Source: Fimbriimonadales bacterium
GTDB lineage: Bacteria; Armatimonadota; Fimbriimonadia; Fimbriimonadales; ATM1
Length of the DNA: 64,000 nucleotides
NCBI GenBank assembly: GCA_051003155.1
Contig: JBPCLO010000041.1
Coordinates: forward strand, 1-64,000
Direction of reading: 5' to 3'
The position numbers and the translations under genes were made by a program. The notes under the pieces are model-generated. The model did not search any database and was not told where the DNA came from. It saw only the letters and a program-made list of their open reading frames with translations. How positions within the stretch are numbered: position 1 is the first letter of the stretch; each line of letters begins with the position of its first letter. This document shows, piece after piece, positions 1 to 9,608 of this stretch.

Positions 1-2
1 TC

Positions 3-581
3 TCGAAGCCGCTCGACGAGAATCCCGCGGTGTTTCCTGGCGACGTTTCTTTTTCGCGGCAAATGACGATGAGTCTGGCTCGCGGCGACTCGTGCAATGT
101 CAGCGCTTTCACTGCAAGCGCCCACGCCGGCACCCATGTGGATCTTCCCCGCCATTTTTCAGAAGTCGATACCCTGCCGCCGCTCGATGCGTTCGTCGGC
201 CCGACCATAGTTGTCGACGCGTCGAATTGGGATGATGTCAAGGCACTCAACATTCCGAGCGGACTGCGGGTCCTGCTCAAGACAAGAAACGACCGAACCG
301 CGTACTCCGTTTTCGATAAACACTTTTCCTGTGTTACGGCGAGCGTTGTGCGCTGGCTTGCCGACAGCGGCGCTGTGCTGATCGGAGTCGATGCGCCGTC
401 CGTCGATCCGCCCGACAGCAAAACCTTGGACAATCACCATTCGCTGTGCCGAGCGGGAATCGCGATCCTGGAGAACCTCGATCTTTCGGGCGTCGAACCC
501 GGCGAATACGAATTGATCGCGCTCCCATTGCGGATTCCGAACGCAGACGCAACGTGGGTGCGTGCGGTTCTCCGCAAATAA
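3..581 (+). CDS. kynB: Kynurenine formamidase / cyclase-family metal hydrolase (5'-partial)
   Basis: HAGTHVDLPRH (HxGTHxDxPxH) motif, GVDAPSVD and ILENL; the frame is open from the window edge. Confidence 0.75.
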   Translation, partial: SKPLDENPAVFPGDVSFSRQMTMSLARGDSCNVSAFTASAHAGTHVDLPRHFSEVDTLPPLDAFVGPTIVVDASNWDDVKALNIPSGLRVLLKTRNDRTAYSVFDKHFSCVTASVVRWLADSGAVLIGVDAPSVDPPDSKTLDNHHSLCRAGIAILENLDLSGVEPGEYELIALPLRIPNADATWVRAVLRK

Positions 582-627
582 AAAAGGCTCCGCAATCTGC
601 CGATGCGGCGCCCAGTGTGGGGACGAA

Positions 628-1206
628 TTAGTCTTTAACGATTGCGTGAAGAACCGACTTCGTCGGCTTCAAGTTCGCGGCGTACTTCTTGGAATCGGCA
701 TCGAATTTCGGCATGCAGCCGGGGCAGCAAAAGTAGACTCGCACGCTCTGCACCTTGTCGTCTGCCATAAGGTCGATGTCGCGGTACGCCGCTGCTTCTT
801 CGTGCTTGAAACTCTCTCCCGTCACGACGCATTTTCCAGAGGCTTCATAATTCGGCTTACCGATCGCCTCCGCGGGATCTTTGTCAAAGGCCGCCTTGTT
901 CTCAGCTTTCAAGAAGAAATACCGAACGTTTTTGAAATCGGTGCTCGCGACCGCATCCTGAGGCGCGACCGCTTCCTTCGAAACGACATCGAAAAGGGAG
1001 TAACCGACGAGCCCCGTGGCCTGTGCGAAGACCTTGTCCGCGTCCTTCTTAACCGAGCCGATACAGCCTGGGCAGCAAACGCCGAATACAACGTCCTTGT
1101 AAACGTAACGCTTAGCATTGGCGGGAACCGCGTCACCCATAACCGGGCAAACCGTTTTAGGGGCCTGGGCCATAGCAAGCGTGGCCATGATAAGTGTAGA
1201 AATCAT
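628..1206 (-). CDS. Secreted multi-YHS-domain metal-binding protein
   Basis: Signal-peptide-like MISTLIMATLAMAQ; YHS-like units CPVMG..GVCCPGC, DVVS..YFF and CVVTG..YFCCPGC; AAGGAGG upstream of ATG 1206. Confidence 0.7.
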   Translation of the reverse strand: MISTLIMATLAMAQAPKTVCPVMGDAVPANAKRYVYKDVVFGVCCPGCIGSVKKDADKVFAQATGLVGYSLFDVVSKEAVAPQDAVASTDFKNVRYFFLKAENKAAFDKDPAEAIGKPNYEASGKCVVTGESFKHEEAAAYRDIDLMADDKVQSVRVYFCCPGCMPKFDADSKKYAANLKPTKSVLHAIVKD

Positions 1207-1274
1207 AAAACTTGAACGTCCTCCTTGTGACTCCTTATTGTAACTGAAAACGGGCTGCAAAGGTTCCGCAACGC

Positions 1275-1298
1275 TATATCCATGCATGCGGATATAAT
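1275..1298. promoter_or_regulatory. Candidate ArsR operator overlapping a TATAAT -10 box
   Basis: Inverted repeat TATATCC-ATGCATGC-GGATATA (1275-1296) overlaps TATAAT (1293-1298) just upstream of arsR. Confidence 0.55.
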
Positions 1299-1308
1299 GG
1301 TATATTCA

Positions 1309-1692
1309 ATGCACATGAGCCGTACGATGCAAACATTGTGCAAGGCGCTGAGCGACGAGAATCGACTTCGAATCGCTTACCTTTTGGCCGGATCAGACGC
1401 GTGCGTTTGCGAACTCGCCGACGCGCTCGACCTGCCGCAGTCGACACTATCGAACCATCTGGGGAAGATGCGCGACAGCGGCCTGCTCCAAACGCGCAAG
1501 GATGGCACTTGGATCTATTACCAGCTATCCGATGCGAGGCGCCCTCAAATCGAGGCGATCTTCTCTTCTTTCGAAGGCGAGCTCTCCACCGACGACAAAC
1601 TGAAGCAAGACCAAGAGCGATTCGGCAAGCGCCTGAGAATGCGAATCGACGGCCGCTGCAACCGAAGCTACGGGCAACTAAAGGACAATTAA
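1309..1692 (+). CDS. ArsR/SmtB family metalloregulator
   Basis: KALSDENRLRI, CVCEL, QSTLSNHL, RKDGTWIYY winged helix; start could also be 1315 or 1327. Confidence 0.9.
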   Translation: MHMSRTMQTLCKALSDENRLRIAYLLAGSDACVCELADALDLPQSTLSNHLGKMRDSGLLQTRKDGTWIYYQLSDARRPQIEAIFSSFEGELSTDDKLKQDQERFGKRLRMRIDGRCNRSYGQLKDN

Positions 1693-1693
1693 A

Positions 1694-1906
1694 ATGAAAG
1701 AACTGACACTCAAGAGCGAAGGCATTCACTGCGACTCGTGTGCATCGAGCCTTAGCAATGCCATCTCAAATGTAGAGGGCGTTTCCTCCGTGCGAGTTGA
1801 CGTGCCGAGCAAAACCGTCCACATCGAGTACGATTCACCCGCGGACGAGGCTCACATCGTCGGTGCCATGGATGACGCCGGATTCGAGGTGGCGCCCAGG
1901 GGTTGA
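1694..1906 (+). CDS. copZ: HMA-domain copper chaperone
   Basis: 70 aa with GIHCDSC metal motif, directly upstream of a P1B ATPase. Confidence 0.85.
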   Translation: MKELTLKSEGIHCDSCASSLSNAISNVEGVSSVRVDVPSKTVHIEYDSPADEAHIVGAMDDAGFEVAPRG

Positions 1907-4440
1907 CCATGCTGCCGTTAGTCGTCGGGTTCGTCGTCGCAGCGCTGATTTATTGGTTCTTCTTCGGGTCAAGGCGCGAAGAGACCGGCCACGTGACCCC
2001 CAAAGGAGTCCAGGAGTTCACGATTACGGTCAGTGGCGCATATTCGCCGTCGCGTTTGGTCGTGGAGCCTGGCCGGCCTGTACGCCTCGTATTCGATCGC
2101 CAGGAGACGGAATCGTGCTCGGATCAAGTCTTGATCCCGGAGTATGGAATCGCACGAGACCTGCCGCAGTTCAAACAAACGGTCGTCGAGTTCACGCCGA
2201 CAAATCCGGGGGAGTTCGAGTTTGCCTGCTCGATGGGCATGTATCGCGGAACGATTCTCGTGGCCCAAGAAGCCACCGGGAAAGTCGACCTGGACATCAA
2301 AGGGATGACCTGCGCGGCCTGCGTTAACAGGGTCGAAAGGGGGCTGAAACGGGTGCCCGGGGTTATGGGCGCTTCGGTCAACCTCGCGACGGAAACGGCT
2401 CAAATCGCCGCCGGCGCTGGTGTCACGATCGAGAAGCTCGTAGGTGCGGTCGAAAAGTCAGGTTACTCCGCATCTCCGAAGCGGACGGCCTCGAACGAGC
2501 GGGACGTCGAGCGGGCCAAAGAAGCTCGCCTGGTTGGCAGGAAGTTCTGGGTCGCATTGGCTCTAACGCTGCCCGTGCTTGCCACTTCGATGCACATCCC
2601 GGGTGCGCCGACGATGCCGACCTGGCTCCAGTTGGCGCTTACGGCTCCGGTCATTATCTGGGCGGGCGGGCATTTCTTCATACAGGCAGGGAAGGCGCTT
2701 CGTTATCGAGCGGCGGACATGAACGTCCTTATCGCGATCGGCACCGGTTCGGCTTTCGGCTATAGCCTTTGGCGGACGATCTTGGCTAAAGGCGGACATG
2801 CGGAGGTCTACTACGAGGTAGCCGCCGCAATCATTAGTCTCATTCTGTTGGGACGCTGGCTGGAGGCCACGGCAAAAGGCAAGACCGGTGACGCGATCCG
2901 CAAGCTTCTAGAATTGGAAGCTAAATCCGCTCGTGTCTTCCGCAACGGGGAAGGGTTAGTATTGCCCCTTGGAGACGTTGTGAAGGGCGATATCGTCATC
3001 GTCAAGCCCGGTGAAAAAATCGCCGTCGACGGGGTCATCGCCGAAGGGTCGAGCTCGATCGACGAGAGCATGCTGACCGGCGAGAGCATTCCAGTCGACA
3101 AGGTTACGGGCCATCAAGTGTATGCAGGCACCCTTAACCAGCAAGGCAGCTTTCGCTTCGAGGCCACCGGCGTGGGCCAAGAGACGGCGCTCGCGCGAAT
3201 CGTGCAAATGGTTCAGCAGGCGCAGGGCTCGAGGGCGCCGATCCAGCATCTCGCGGACAAGGTGACCTCGATCTTTGTGCCGGTGGTTCTGATGATCGCC
3301 GTGCTCACGTTTTCCTGTTGGCTGGCGGTCGTCCCTGGCGTAACGTTGATTGCAGCCCTTGTGCCGGCTGTTGCAGTTTTGATCATCGCCTGCCCCTGTG
3401 CTCTGGGCCTCGCCACGCCGACGGCCGTCATGGTCGGAACGGGTCGGGCGGCGCAGATGGGCGTGTTGGTGCGAGACGCCGAAGCGCTTGAGCGGCTCGC
3501 ACAGGTCGACACGATCGTTCTCGACAAGACAGGCACAGTCACTCGCGGCCGGCCCGAGCTTACCGATATCGTTGCCGACGGCATCGCCGAGAATGAACTG
3601 CTGCGCCTCACTGCATCAGTCGAAGCTCACAGCGAGCACCCTCTCGCGTCGGCGGTGGTACGGGGAGCGGAGGACCGCGGGGTTAGGCCCGCGCCCGCGC
3701 AGGAGTTCGTTTCGCACACCGGCAAGGGCATCGAGGCCCGGGTCGAGGGAAGAAGAGTGCTCGTGGGCACGCGAAGCCTCTTAGAAGAGAATCGCGTTGC
3801 TCTTGACGGTCTTGCCAAGAAGGCTGAACCAATAGCGAATCAGGGGAAGACCGCCATTTTTGTTGCTGTGGACGGGGTGGCCAGTGGAGTTCTGGCAATT
3901 GCCGACACGGTGAAGCCTGAAGCCGCGGCTGCCGTACGAGATCTCTGCGGCGCCGTTTCGCAGGTGTGGATGATCACGGGCGACAACAAGCAGACCGCCG
4001 ATGCAATCGGCGTCCAGGTCGGTATTGAAAACGTGCTGTCGGAGGTACTGCCTGAAAGAAAGGCTTCCGAGATCGTGAGGCTTCAAGGTGAGGGGCGCAA
4101 GGTGGCCATGGTCGGTGACGGGGTAAACGATGCGCCCGCATTGGCGCAAGCCGATGTAGGCGTGGCGATGGGAACCGGAGCGGATATCGCGATGGAAACC
4201 GCCGACGTAACGCTCATGAGCGGAAATTTAAACGGCGTCGGCCAGGCAATCGGCTTGAGCCGAGCGGTGATGCGCACCATCAAGCAGAACCTCTTCTTCG
4301 CATTTGTTTACAATACGCTCGGCATCCCGCTCGCTGCTTTCGGCCTGCTCAGCCCTATCATCGCCTCTGCAGCTATGGCGTTATCGAGTGTATCGGTCGT
4401 TTCGAACGCGTTGCGCCTGAAGAGGAACGGCTGGGCATGA
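1903..4440 (+). CDS. copA: Cu(I)-exporting P1B-type ATPase with N-terminal cupredoxin and HMA domains
   Basis: GMTCAAC, TGES, CPC, DKTGT, SEHP, GDGVND, YN and MALSS motifs; N-terminal TM plus CSDQV..CSMGM cupredoxin-like segment. Confidence 0.92.
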   Translation: MTMLPLVVGFVVAALIYWFFFGSRREETGHVTPKGVQEFTITVSGAYSPSRLVVEPGRPVRLVFDRQETESCSDQVLIPEYGIARDLPQFKQTVVEFTPTNPGEFEFACSMGMYRGTILVAQEATGKVDLDIKGMTCAACVNRVERGLKRVPGVMGASVNLATETAQIAAGAGVTIEKLVGAVEKSGYSASPKRTASNERDVERAKEARLVGRKFWVALALTLPVLATSMHIPGAPTMPTWLQLALTAPVIIWAGGHFFIQAGKALRYRAADMNVLIAIGTGSAFGYSLWRTILAKGGHAEVYYEVAAAIISLILLGRWLEATAKGKTGDAIRKLLELEAKSARVFRNGEGLVLPLGDVVKGDIVIVKPGEKIAVDGVIAEGSSSIDESMLTGESIPVDKVTGHQVYAGTLNQQGSFRFEATGVGQETALARIVQMVQQAQGSRAPIQHLADKVTSIFVPVVLMIAVLTFSCWLAVVPGVTLIAALVPAVAVLIIACPCALGLATPTAVMVGTGRAAQMGVLVRDAEALERLAQVDTIVLDKTGTVTRGRPELTDIVADGIAENELLRLTASVEAHSEHPLASAVVRGAEDRGVRPAPAQEFVSHTGKGIEARVEGRRVLVGTRSLLEENRVALDGLAKKAEPIANQGKTAIFVAVDGVASGVLAIADTVKPEAAAAVRDLCGAVSQVWMITGDNKQTADAIGVQVGIENVLSEVLPERKASEIVRLQGEGRKVAMVGDGVNDAPALAQADVGVAMGTGADIAMETADVTLMSGNLNGVGQAIGLSRAVMRTIKQNLFFAFVYNTLGIPLAAFGLLSPIIASAAMALSSVSVVSNALRLKRNGWA

Positions 4441-4494
4441 TCCTTCGCTTACCGCCCGTGGCTGGTTGCCGTGGAGGAGGCGTACAGGAAGGCT

Positions 4495-6564
4495 TTAGAC
4501 GGCTGCTTCGGCGCGAGTCGTATCGAGCGATCTTCGGGAGCTCGGGTGTCCAACCATGTAGGTCTGGGCAGTGAATACCTCTTCGCCTTTAACTATTGTC
4601 ACGCGTTCGTAGGTGCCGCCCGACTGTAGCGCCCATGAGTTGGTGTTGTCCCGCAGGTAGACCTCGAGGATCTGCAAGAGATGCTCCACCATTTGCTCGT
4701 CCTGAATCTTGAGCAACGTTTCGATCCGCCGGTCGAAGTTGCGGCGCATGATGTCGGCGCTTCCGATCAGCGCCTCGGGCCGGCAGCCGTTTGCGAAGTA
4801 GTAGATTCGGCTGTGCTCGAGGAAACGCCCGACGATGCTGTAGACGCGAACGTTCTCGCTGAGGTTCTCGACGCCGGGCCTTAGGCAGCAGATGCCTCGG
4901 ATCACGAGGTCGACGGGAATCCCGACTCCGCTCGCTTCGTAAAGCGCGTCGATGACTTCCGGGTCGACGAGCGAGTTCGCCTTGAAGATGATTCGCCCCT
5001 GGCCGGTCTTGGCGTGGGCCTCGATCTCGCGCTCAATGCGCTCGACGATGCCGTCTCTCGCTCCGCCGGGCGCGACGAGCACTTTGCGGTATTCGTTTTG
5101 GGCGGAGAAACCCGTGAGGACGTTGAAAATCTCGGAGACGTCCTGCGCGACGTCCGGGTCGCAGGTGAAAACGCCGATGTCTGTGTAGAGCCGCGCAGTC
5201 GTCGGGTTGTAGTTGCCCGTGCCGATGTGCGCATAGCGGCGGATGCGGGAGCCTTCACGGCGCATGACGAGGCACATCTTGCAGTGGGTCTTCATCTCGG
5301 TGAACCCATAGGTGACGTGAACGCCTGCTCGCTCCAGGGCTTTGGCCCAGACCAGGTTGTTGCTCTCGTCGAAACGGGCTTTGAGCTCGACGAGGACGGC
5401 CACTTGCTTGCCGTTCGCCGCCGCGTCGAGGAGCGACTCCACGATCGGAGATTTTGTGCCGACTCTGTAGAGGGTTTGCTTGATGCCGATGACGTCGGGG
5501 TCGTTTGCCGCCGAAGCGACGAACTGCTCGACCGGGACGAAGCTGTCGAAGGGATGGTGGAGGATTACGTCGTGCTTGCGGATGGCATCGAAAAGCGCCT
5601 TACCCGTGGAGAGGGCCTCGCTTGTATGGGGGATAAGGGTCGGCCAATTCAATGCCGGCAAATTCAAACCCGCCAATTCCTCGAAAACGTCCATTCCGAT
5701 GATTCCGTCGATGGAGAATACTTCGCTTTCATCGAGTTTGAGGATTTGCATCAGGAATTTCTTCATTCCTGCAGGCATGGCCGATTGGATTTCCAGTAAT
5801 ACTGGCTCGCCGAAACGCCTCATGCGAATCGACCGCTCGACCATCGAAATAAGGTCCGCAGCTTCGAGCTCCTGAATTTCCAAATCGGCATCGCGGACAA
5901 CGCGAAAAATAAATGAGCGTGTCACCTCCATTCCCGGAAAGAAATGAGCAAGATTGTTGGCGATGAGGTCTTCGATCAGGACATAATTATGTCGGCCCGG
6001 GGAAATTCGCACGAGCCTCGGTACGACCGTAGGAACCTTAATTCTTGCCAGCGAACGCCCCCGCCCCGGCACCTTTAGTTCCACACATAGGTTCAAGCTT
6101 CGATTCGAAATGAACGGTATCCTGTGTGCCGGCTTGAGAGCGAGCGGCGTGCACAGCGGAAATATTTCTTTGCTGAAAAACTGGTTGAGCTTAGCCGTCT
6201 GCGTTTTAGAAAGTGCGGAGTACTTCCGAATCGCAATAGACTTCTTTTTCAGAGCCGTCCGGATATCTCTTTCGAAAACCTGCGACGCGCGCTTGCGAAG
6301 AATTGGGGCCTGCGTCGCGATCAATTCGAGTTGCTCGGCCGGAGTTTTCCCATCCGGAGTAACCTCACGAATTCCGTTCTCGATCTGCTCGATTAATCCG
6401 GAAACACGAATCATATAAAACTCATCGAGGTTCGATTCGAAAATGGAAAGAAAGCGCAGTCGTTCGAGCAACGGGTTCGATTCCCTCTCGGCCTCGGCGA
6501 GAACGCGCGCATTGAATTGAAGCCAGCTCAGCTCCCGGTTGAGGTATGCCGCGGGTTCCCTCAT
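4495..6564 (-). CDS. ppk1: Polyphosphate kinase 1
   Basis: NRELSWLQFNARVL, ELKARFDE, KTHCK, GRFLEHSRIY. Confidence 0.95.
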   Translation of the reverse strand: MREPAAYLNRELSWLQFNARVLAEAERESNPLLERLRFLSIFESNLDEFYMIRVSGLIEQIENGIREVTPDGKTPAEQLELIATQAPILRKRASQVFERDIRTALKKKSIAIRKYSALSKTQTAKLNQFFSKEIFPLCTPLALKPAHRIPFISNRSLNLCVELKVPGRGRSLARIKVPTVVPRLVRISPGRHNYVLIEDLIANNLAHFFPGMEVTRSFIFRVVRDADLEIQELEAADLISMVERSIRMRRFGEPVLLEIQSAMPAGMKKFLMQILKLDESEVFSIDGIIGMDVFEELAGLNLPALNWPTLIPHTSEALSTGKALFDAIRKHDVILHHPFDSFVPVEQFVASAANDPDVIGIKQTLYRVGTKSPIVESLLDAAANGKQVAVLVELKARFDESNNLVWAKALERAGVHVTYGFTEMKTHCKMCLVMRREGSRIRRYAHIGTGNYNPTTARLYTDIGVFTCDPDVAQDVSEIFNVLTGFSAQNEYRKVLVAPGGARDGIVERIEREIEAHAKTGQGRIIFKANSLVDPEVIDALYEASGVGIPVDLVIRGICCLRPGVENLSENVRVYSIVGRFLEHSRIYYFANGCRPEALIGSADIMRRNFDRRIETLLKIQDEQMVEHLLQILEVYLRDNTNSWALQSGGTYERVTIVKGEEVFTAQTYMVGHPSSRRSLDTTRAEAAV

Positions 6565-7469
6565 CCCTTTCCGACCTCGATGCTGCCCTCGGCGAGGCCC
6601 AGGATCGCCCCCTCACGGATCCCGAATTCGCTCACGAGTATCTTGTCGATACCGACGGTGCCCATGAGCTTCGAGATCACGGCAACACCCGGCAAAAGGG
6701 AACTCGCGCGGGTCGGGCTAATGTCGAACCGGCGCGAAACCTCGGTCGACGAAAGGTTCGCAAGTGAGGTTTGCAGGTAATCAAGTTCATATCGGTGAAT
6801 CCACCGATCGCCGTCGGGATGTAAGGCTCGGACCAGGCCCCGCGCCACGCCGCCGCACCCGACGAGCCTTTTGCTCGGGCTGTGGCCCTCCACCGGCGCG
6901 AGGGTTTTCTCGATGATTCGGTCGAGCCGCTTGATCGAATCCGGATTAGGGCGGTCTTCCAACTGCGCATTTGCTCTTAGCGTCCCGGTCCCCAGCGGTA
7001 GGGAGTGAAAGTCGGTGCGGGCCGAGCCGTCGATGCGAACGACCTGGGCGCTCCCGCCACCGACGTCGAAAAATGTCGTCGGCATTTCGCCGTACGAATC
7101 CAGCATCGCGCCGCGAATCGCTAACTCCGCCTCGCGCTCGGGAGATACTATTTGCACGTTCACACCGGATTTTGAGCGAATGAAAGTTAACGTTTCGTTA
7201 TGGTTCTTCGCCCTTCGGACGGCTTCCGTGGCAAACACATAGAGTTGCGAGGCCTTGCGAGCGGCTGCAAGCTTCCGAAAGGATGAAAGCGCCGTCACCA
7301 GTTCTTGCGTCTTCGCTTTGTCGATGACACCCGTGTTGGCGACCATCTCGCCCAGGCCGAGCCACTGGCTGTCGTTGTCCAGGCGAACAACGGCGCGGCC
7401 GTCGGTTTGTGCTATTAACATATGCACTGTGTTGCTGCCGATATCGGCGGTCGCGAAAGTTCCGGACAT
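6561..7469 (-). CDS. ppx: Ppx/GppA family exopolyphosphatase (short form)
   Basis: DIGSNT, ATEAVR, DVGGGS, GIREG; overlaps the ppk1 start. Confidence 0.88.
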   Translation of the reverse strand: MSGTFATADIGSNTVHMLIAQTDGRAVVRLDNDSQWLGLGEMVANTGVIDKAKTQELVTALSSFRKLAAARKASQLYVFATEAVRRAKNHNETLTFIRSKSGVNVQIVSPEREAELAIRGAMLDSYGEMPTTFFDVGGGSAQVVRIDGSARTDFHSLPLGTGTLRANAQLEDRPNPDSIKRLDRIIEKTLAPVEGHSPSKRLVGCGGVARGLVRALHPDGDRWIHRYELDYLQTSLANLSSTEVSRRFDISPTRASSLLPGVAVISKLMGTVGIDKILVSEFGIREGAILGLAEGSIEVGKG

Positions 7470-7482
7470 TGGTACCAAAAGT

Positions 7483-8034
7483 ATGGCTCGAAGACAACTG
7501 CTTCACGACGCTCTGAGATTTGCCGTCGAGGCCCACGATGGTCAAGCAAGAGACGGAGATTATCCTCTGCCTTATGCTACGCATCCGGTGGAGGTTGTAG
7601 CGAATCTTCGCTACGTCGGCAACGTTGTCGACGAGGATATTCTTTGTGCGGGATTTCTGCACGACGTCCTCGAAGAGACGAGCGCCACGGAGGAGGAGAT
7701 CGAGCGCCTTTTCGGCAAGCGAGTCCGCGAACTGGTCGTGTCGGTGAGGAGGGAAGAGCCGAGCACCAAGCAGGTGGCAGGTCTCGATAAGGACGGGATC
7801 TACGCGTTGAGGAGCCGGATGCTCTTGGACGAAATCGCCGCAATGTCGCCCGAGTCGCAGACGATAAAACTCGCGGACCGCTTATCGAACGTCGTGGGCG
7901 TCCATGCGACGAGGGAGGGAAGGAAGCTCAAGCGCTACATCGAGCAGACCGAGAACCTGCTCCGCATAATTCCGCGAAAGGTCAATCCCGCCCTTTGGGA
8001 TGCGGTCAAGGAGGAAGCTGCGAAGGAACTGTAA
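7483..8034 (+). CDS. Stand-alone RelA/SpoT-type HD hydrolase (Mesh1/SAH-like)
   Basis: AHDGQAR, PYATHP, LHDVLEE, KLADRLSN. Confidence 0.8.
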   Translation: MARRQLLHDALRFAVEAHDGQARDGDYPLPYATHPVEVVANLRYVGNVVDEDILCAGFLHDVLEETSATEEEIERLFGKRVRELVVSVRREEPSTKQVAGLDKDGIYALRSRMLLDEIAAMSPESQTIKLADRLSNVVGVHATREGRKLKRYIEQTENLLRIIPRKVNPALWDAVKEEAAKEL

Positions 8035-8060
8035 ATGGGAGTCTTCTCCACATTCGCGAA

Positions 8061-8091
8061 GAAGCTTGCCTCGAGTCGTGAGGCAAGCTTC
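8061..8091. terminator. Hairpin between convergent genes
   Basis: Perfect 12-bp inverted repeat GAAGCTTGCCTC-N7-GAGGCAAGCTTC. Confidence 0.6.
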
Positions 8092-8108
8092 ACTCTCCTC
8101 CTACTGCC

Positions 8109-8615
8109 TTACCAAGTTCTGAACGTGCCGGACGTCGTCCATCCGTCGTAACCGCCTCCACCATACTCCCATTCCGAGCCGTTAAGCGGCCACTCGTTGA
8201 CCAGAATTGCCCTGGTGCGCCCGTTCGTGTGCCGAGCAAATATACGCAGCTCTCCCGACTCATTGCCCTGATAGCCGTATTCGTTCCAATAATGGTAAGT
8301 GCCGTCGAAAAGCACCTCCAGAAGGTTGTTTTCGATCCGCAGCGATATGATCCGTCTCGCTTCGAAGGTTGTTTGCGACGAGTGCTCCATGAACCAGCGG
8401 CCCGAACTGTATATGAGGTTGAACTTGGCTCCATTGTCCATGACCTCGCAGGTGATGTGCCCGGTCCCGCCACCGTCATAGTCCTCGTAGATTAGGCCCC
8501 ATTCGAGGTCGGCGTTAGTCGGTTGCACCGCCCAGCTTGGTGCTGCAGAGCCGGAAACGCAGGAGGAGACAAGCAGTGCGGTCAAGAAAGACAAATGGAT
8601 GACGTGCTTGGTCAT
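8109..8615 (-). CDS. Hypothetical secreted protein or lipoprotein (168 aa)
   Basis: AGGAGG RBS before ATG 8615; hydrophobic leader ending LLVSSC; aromatic-rich, beta-strand-like body. Confidence 0.6.
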   Translation of the reverse strand: MTKHVIHLSFLTALLVSSCVSGSAAPSWAVQPTNADLEWGLIYEDYDGGGTGHITCEVMDNGAKFNLIYSSGRWFMEHSSQTTFEARRIISLRIENNLLEVLFDGTYHYWNEYGYQGNESGELRIFARHTNGRTRAILVNEWPLNGSEWEYGGGGYDGWTTSGTFRTW

Positions 8616-8760
8616 TACGACCTCCTTAGCAACTCTTGCATAAGTCTGACGGTTAGCGTATTGAAAAGGTTCAAAGCCGCCAGGGGCCCAGGCTGCCTCC
8701 ACCGCGTTCGAGCCCGTCGACCTCTGTGGCCGCCATAACATGTCGCAACGTCCCGGCAGA

Positions 8761-8961
8761 ATCGCCGCAATTTCGCCCGAGTCGCAGACGATAAAACTCG
8801 CGGACCGCTTATCGAACGTCGTAGGCGCCCATGCAACAAGAGAGGGAAAGAAGCTCAAGCGGTACATCGAGCAGACTGAGAAGCTGCTGCGAATCGTCCC
8901 GCGCAAAGTGAATCCCGCTCTCTGGGATGCGGTCAAAAGGGAAGCTGATAAGCAATCGTAG
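8761..8961 (+). pseudogene. Orphan 3' fragment of the HD hydrolase gene (direct repeat of 7834-8034)
   Basis: 201 nt colinear without gaps; 29 mismatches by manual count, mostly at third codon positions. Confidence 0.9.
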
Positions 8962-9037
8962 CCCGCGGTCTCGCAACGGTCAGGCAGGAATCCGCGTATG
9001 CTCGTTGAACTCGACTATGTTCGGAGGTAACAACTAA

Positions 9038-9586
9038 ATGCTTTGGATTGTTTTGGGAATCGTAGTGCTTCTGGCCCTCGTGGCCATGGGGATCTACAAC
9101 GGCTTGGTCTCGGCTCGCCAGCAGGCCGAGAATGCGTGGGCGCAGATCGACGTGCAACTCAAGCGCCGGTACGACCTGATACCGAATCTGGTCGAAACGG
9201 TTAAGGGGTACATGAACTTCGAGCAAGAGACCCTGCAGAAGGTTATCGAAGCGCGCTCTGCGGCGATGGGTGCGACAGGCGTCAAGCAGCAAGCGGACGC
9301 TGAGAACACGCTGACCCGGGCACTCGGCGGATTCTTCGCGGTCGCCGAGCAGTATCCCGATCTCAAAGCCAGCGAGAACATGAGCCGGCTTCAGGAAGAG
9401 CTGAGCAGCACCGAGAACAAGATCGCCTTCGCGCGGCAGTTTTACAACGATGCCGTGATGAACCACAACACCAAGATCGAGCAGTTCCCATCGAGCATTT
9501 TCGCGAACTCGTTCGGCTTCAAGAAGAAGGAGCTCTTCGAGATCATCGAACCCGAGCAGCGCGAGCCTGTACAAGTCAAGTTCTAA
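9038..9586 (+). CDS. lemA: LemA family protein
   Basis: N-terminal TM; AWAQIDVQLKRRYDLIPNLVETVKGY, YPDLKA, ARQFYN. Confidence 0.95.
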   Translation: MLWIVLGIVVLLALVAMGIYNGLVSARQQAENAWAQIDVQLKRRYDLIPNLVETVKGYMNFEQETLQKVIEARSAAMGATGVKQQADAENTLTRALGGFFAVAEQYPDLKASENMSRLQEELSSTENKIAFARQFYNDAVMNHNTKIEQFPSSIFANSFGFKKKELFEIIEPEQREPVQVKF

Positions 9587-9608
9587 GAGCCTTTTGGCTC
9601 AGCCATAG

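Noticed and set aside
7834..8961. Diversity-generating retroelement TR/VR pair
   Set aside because: Mismatches are not adenine-specific (only 10 of 29 have A in the second copy) and fall mostly at third codon positions; no reverse transcriptase in the window.
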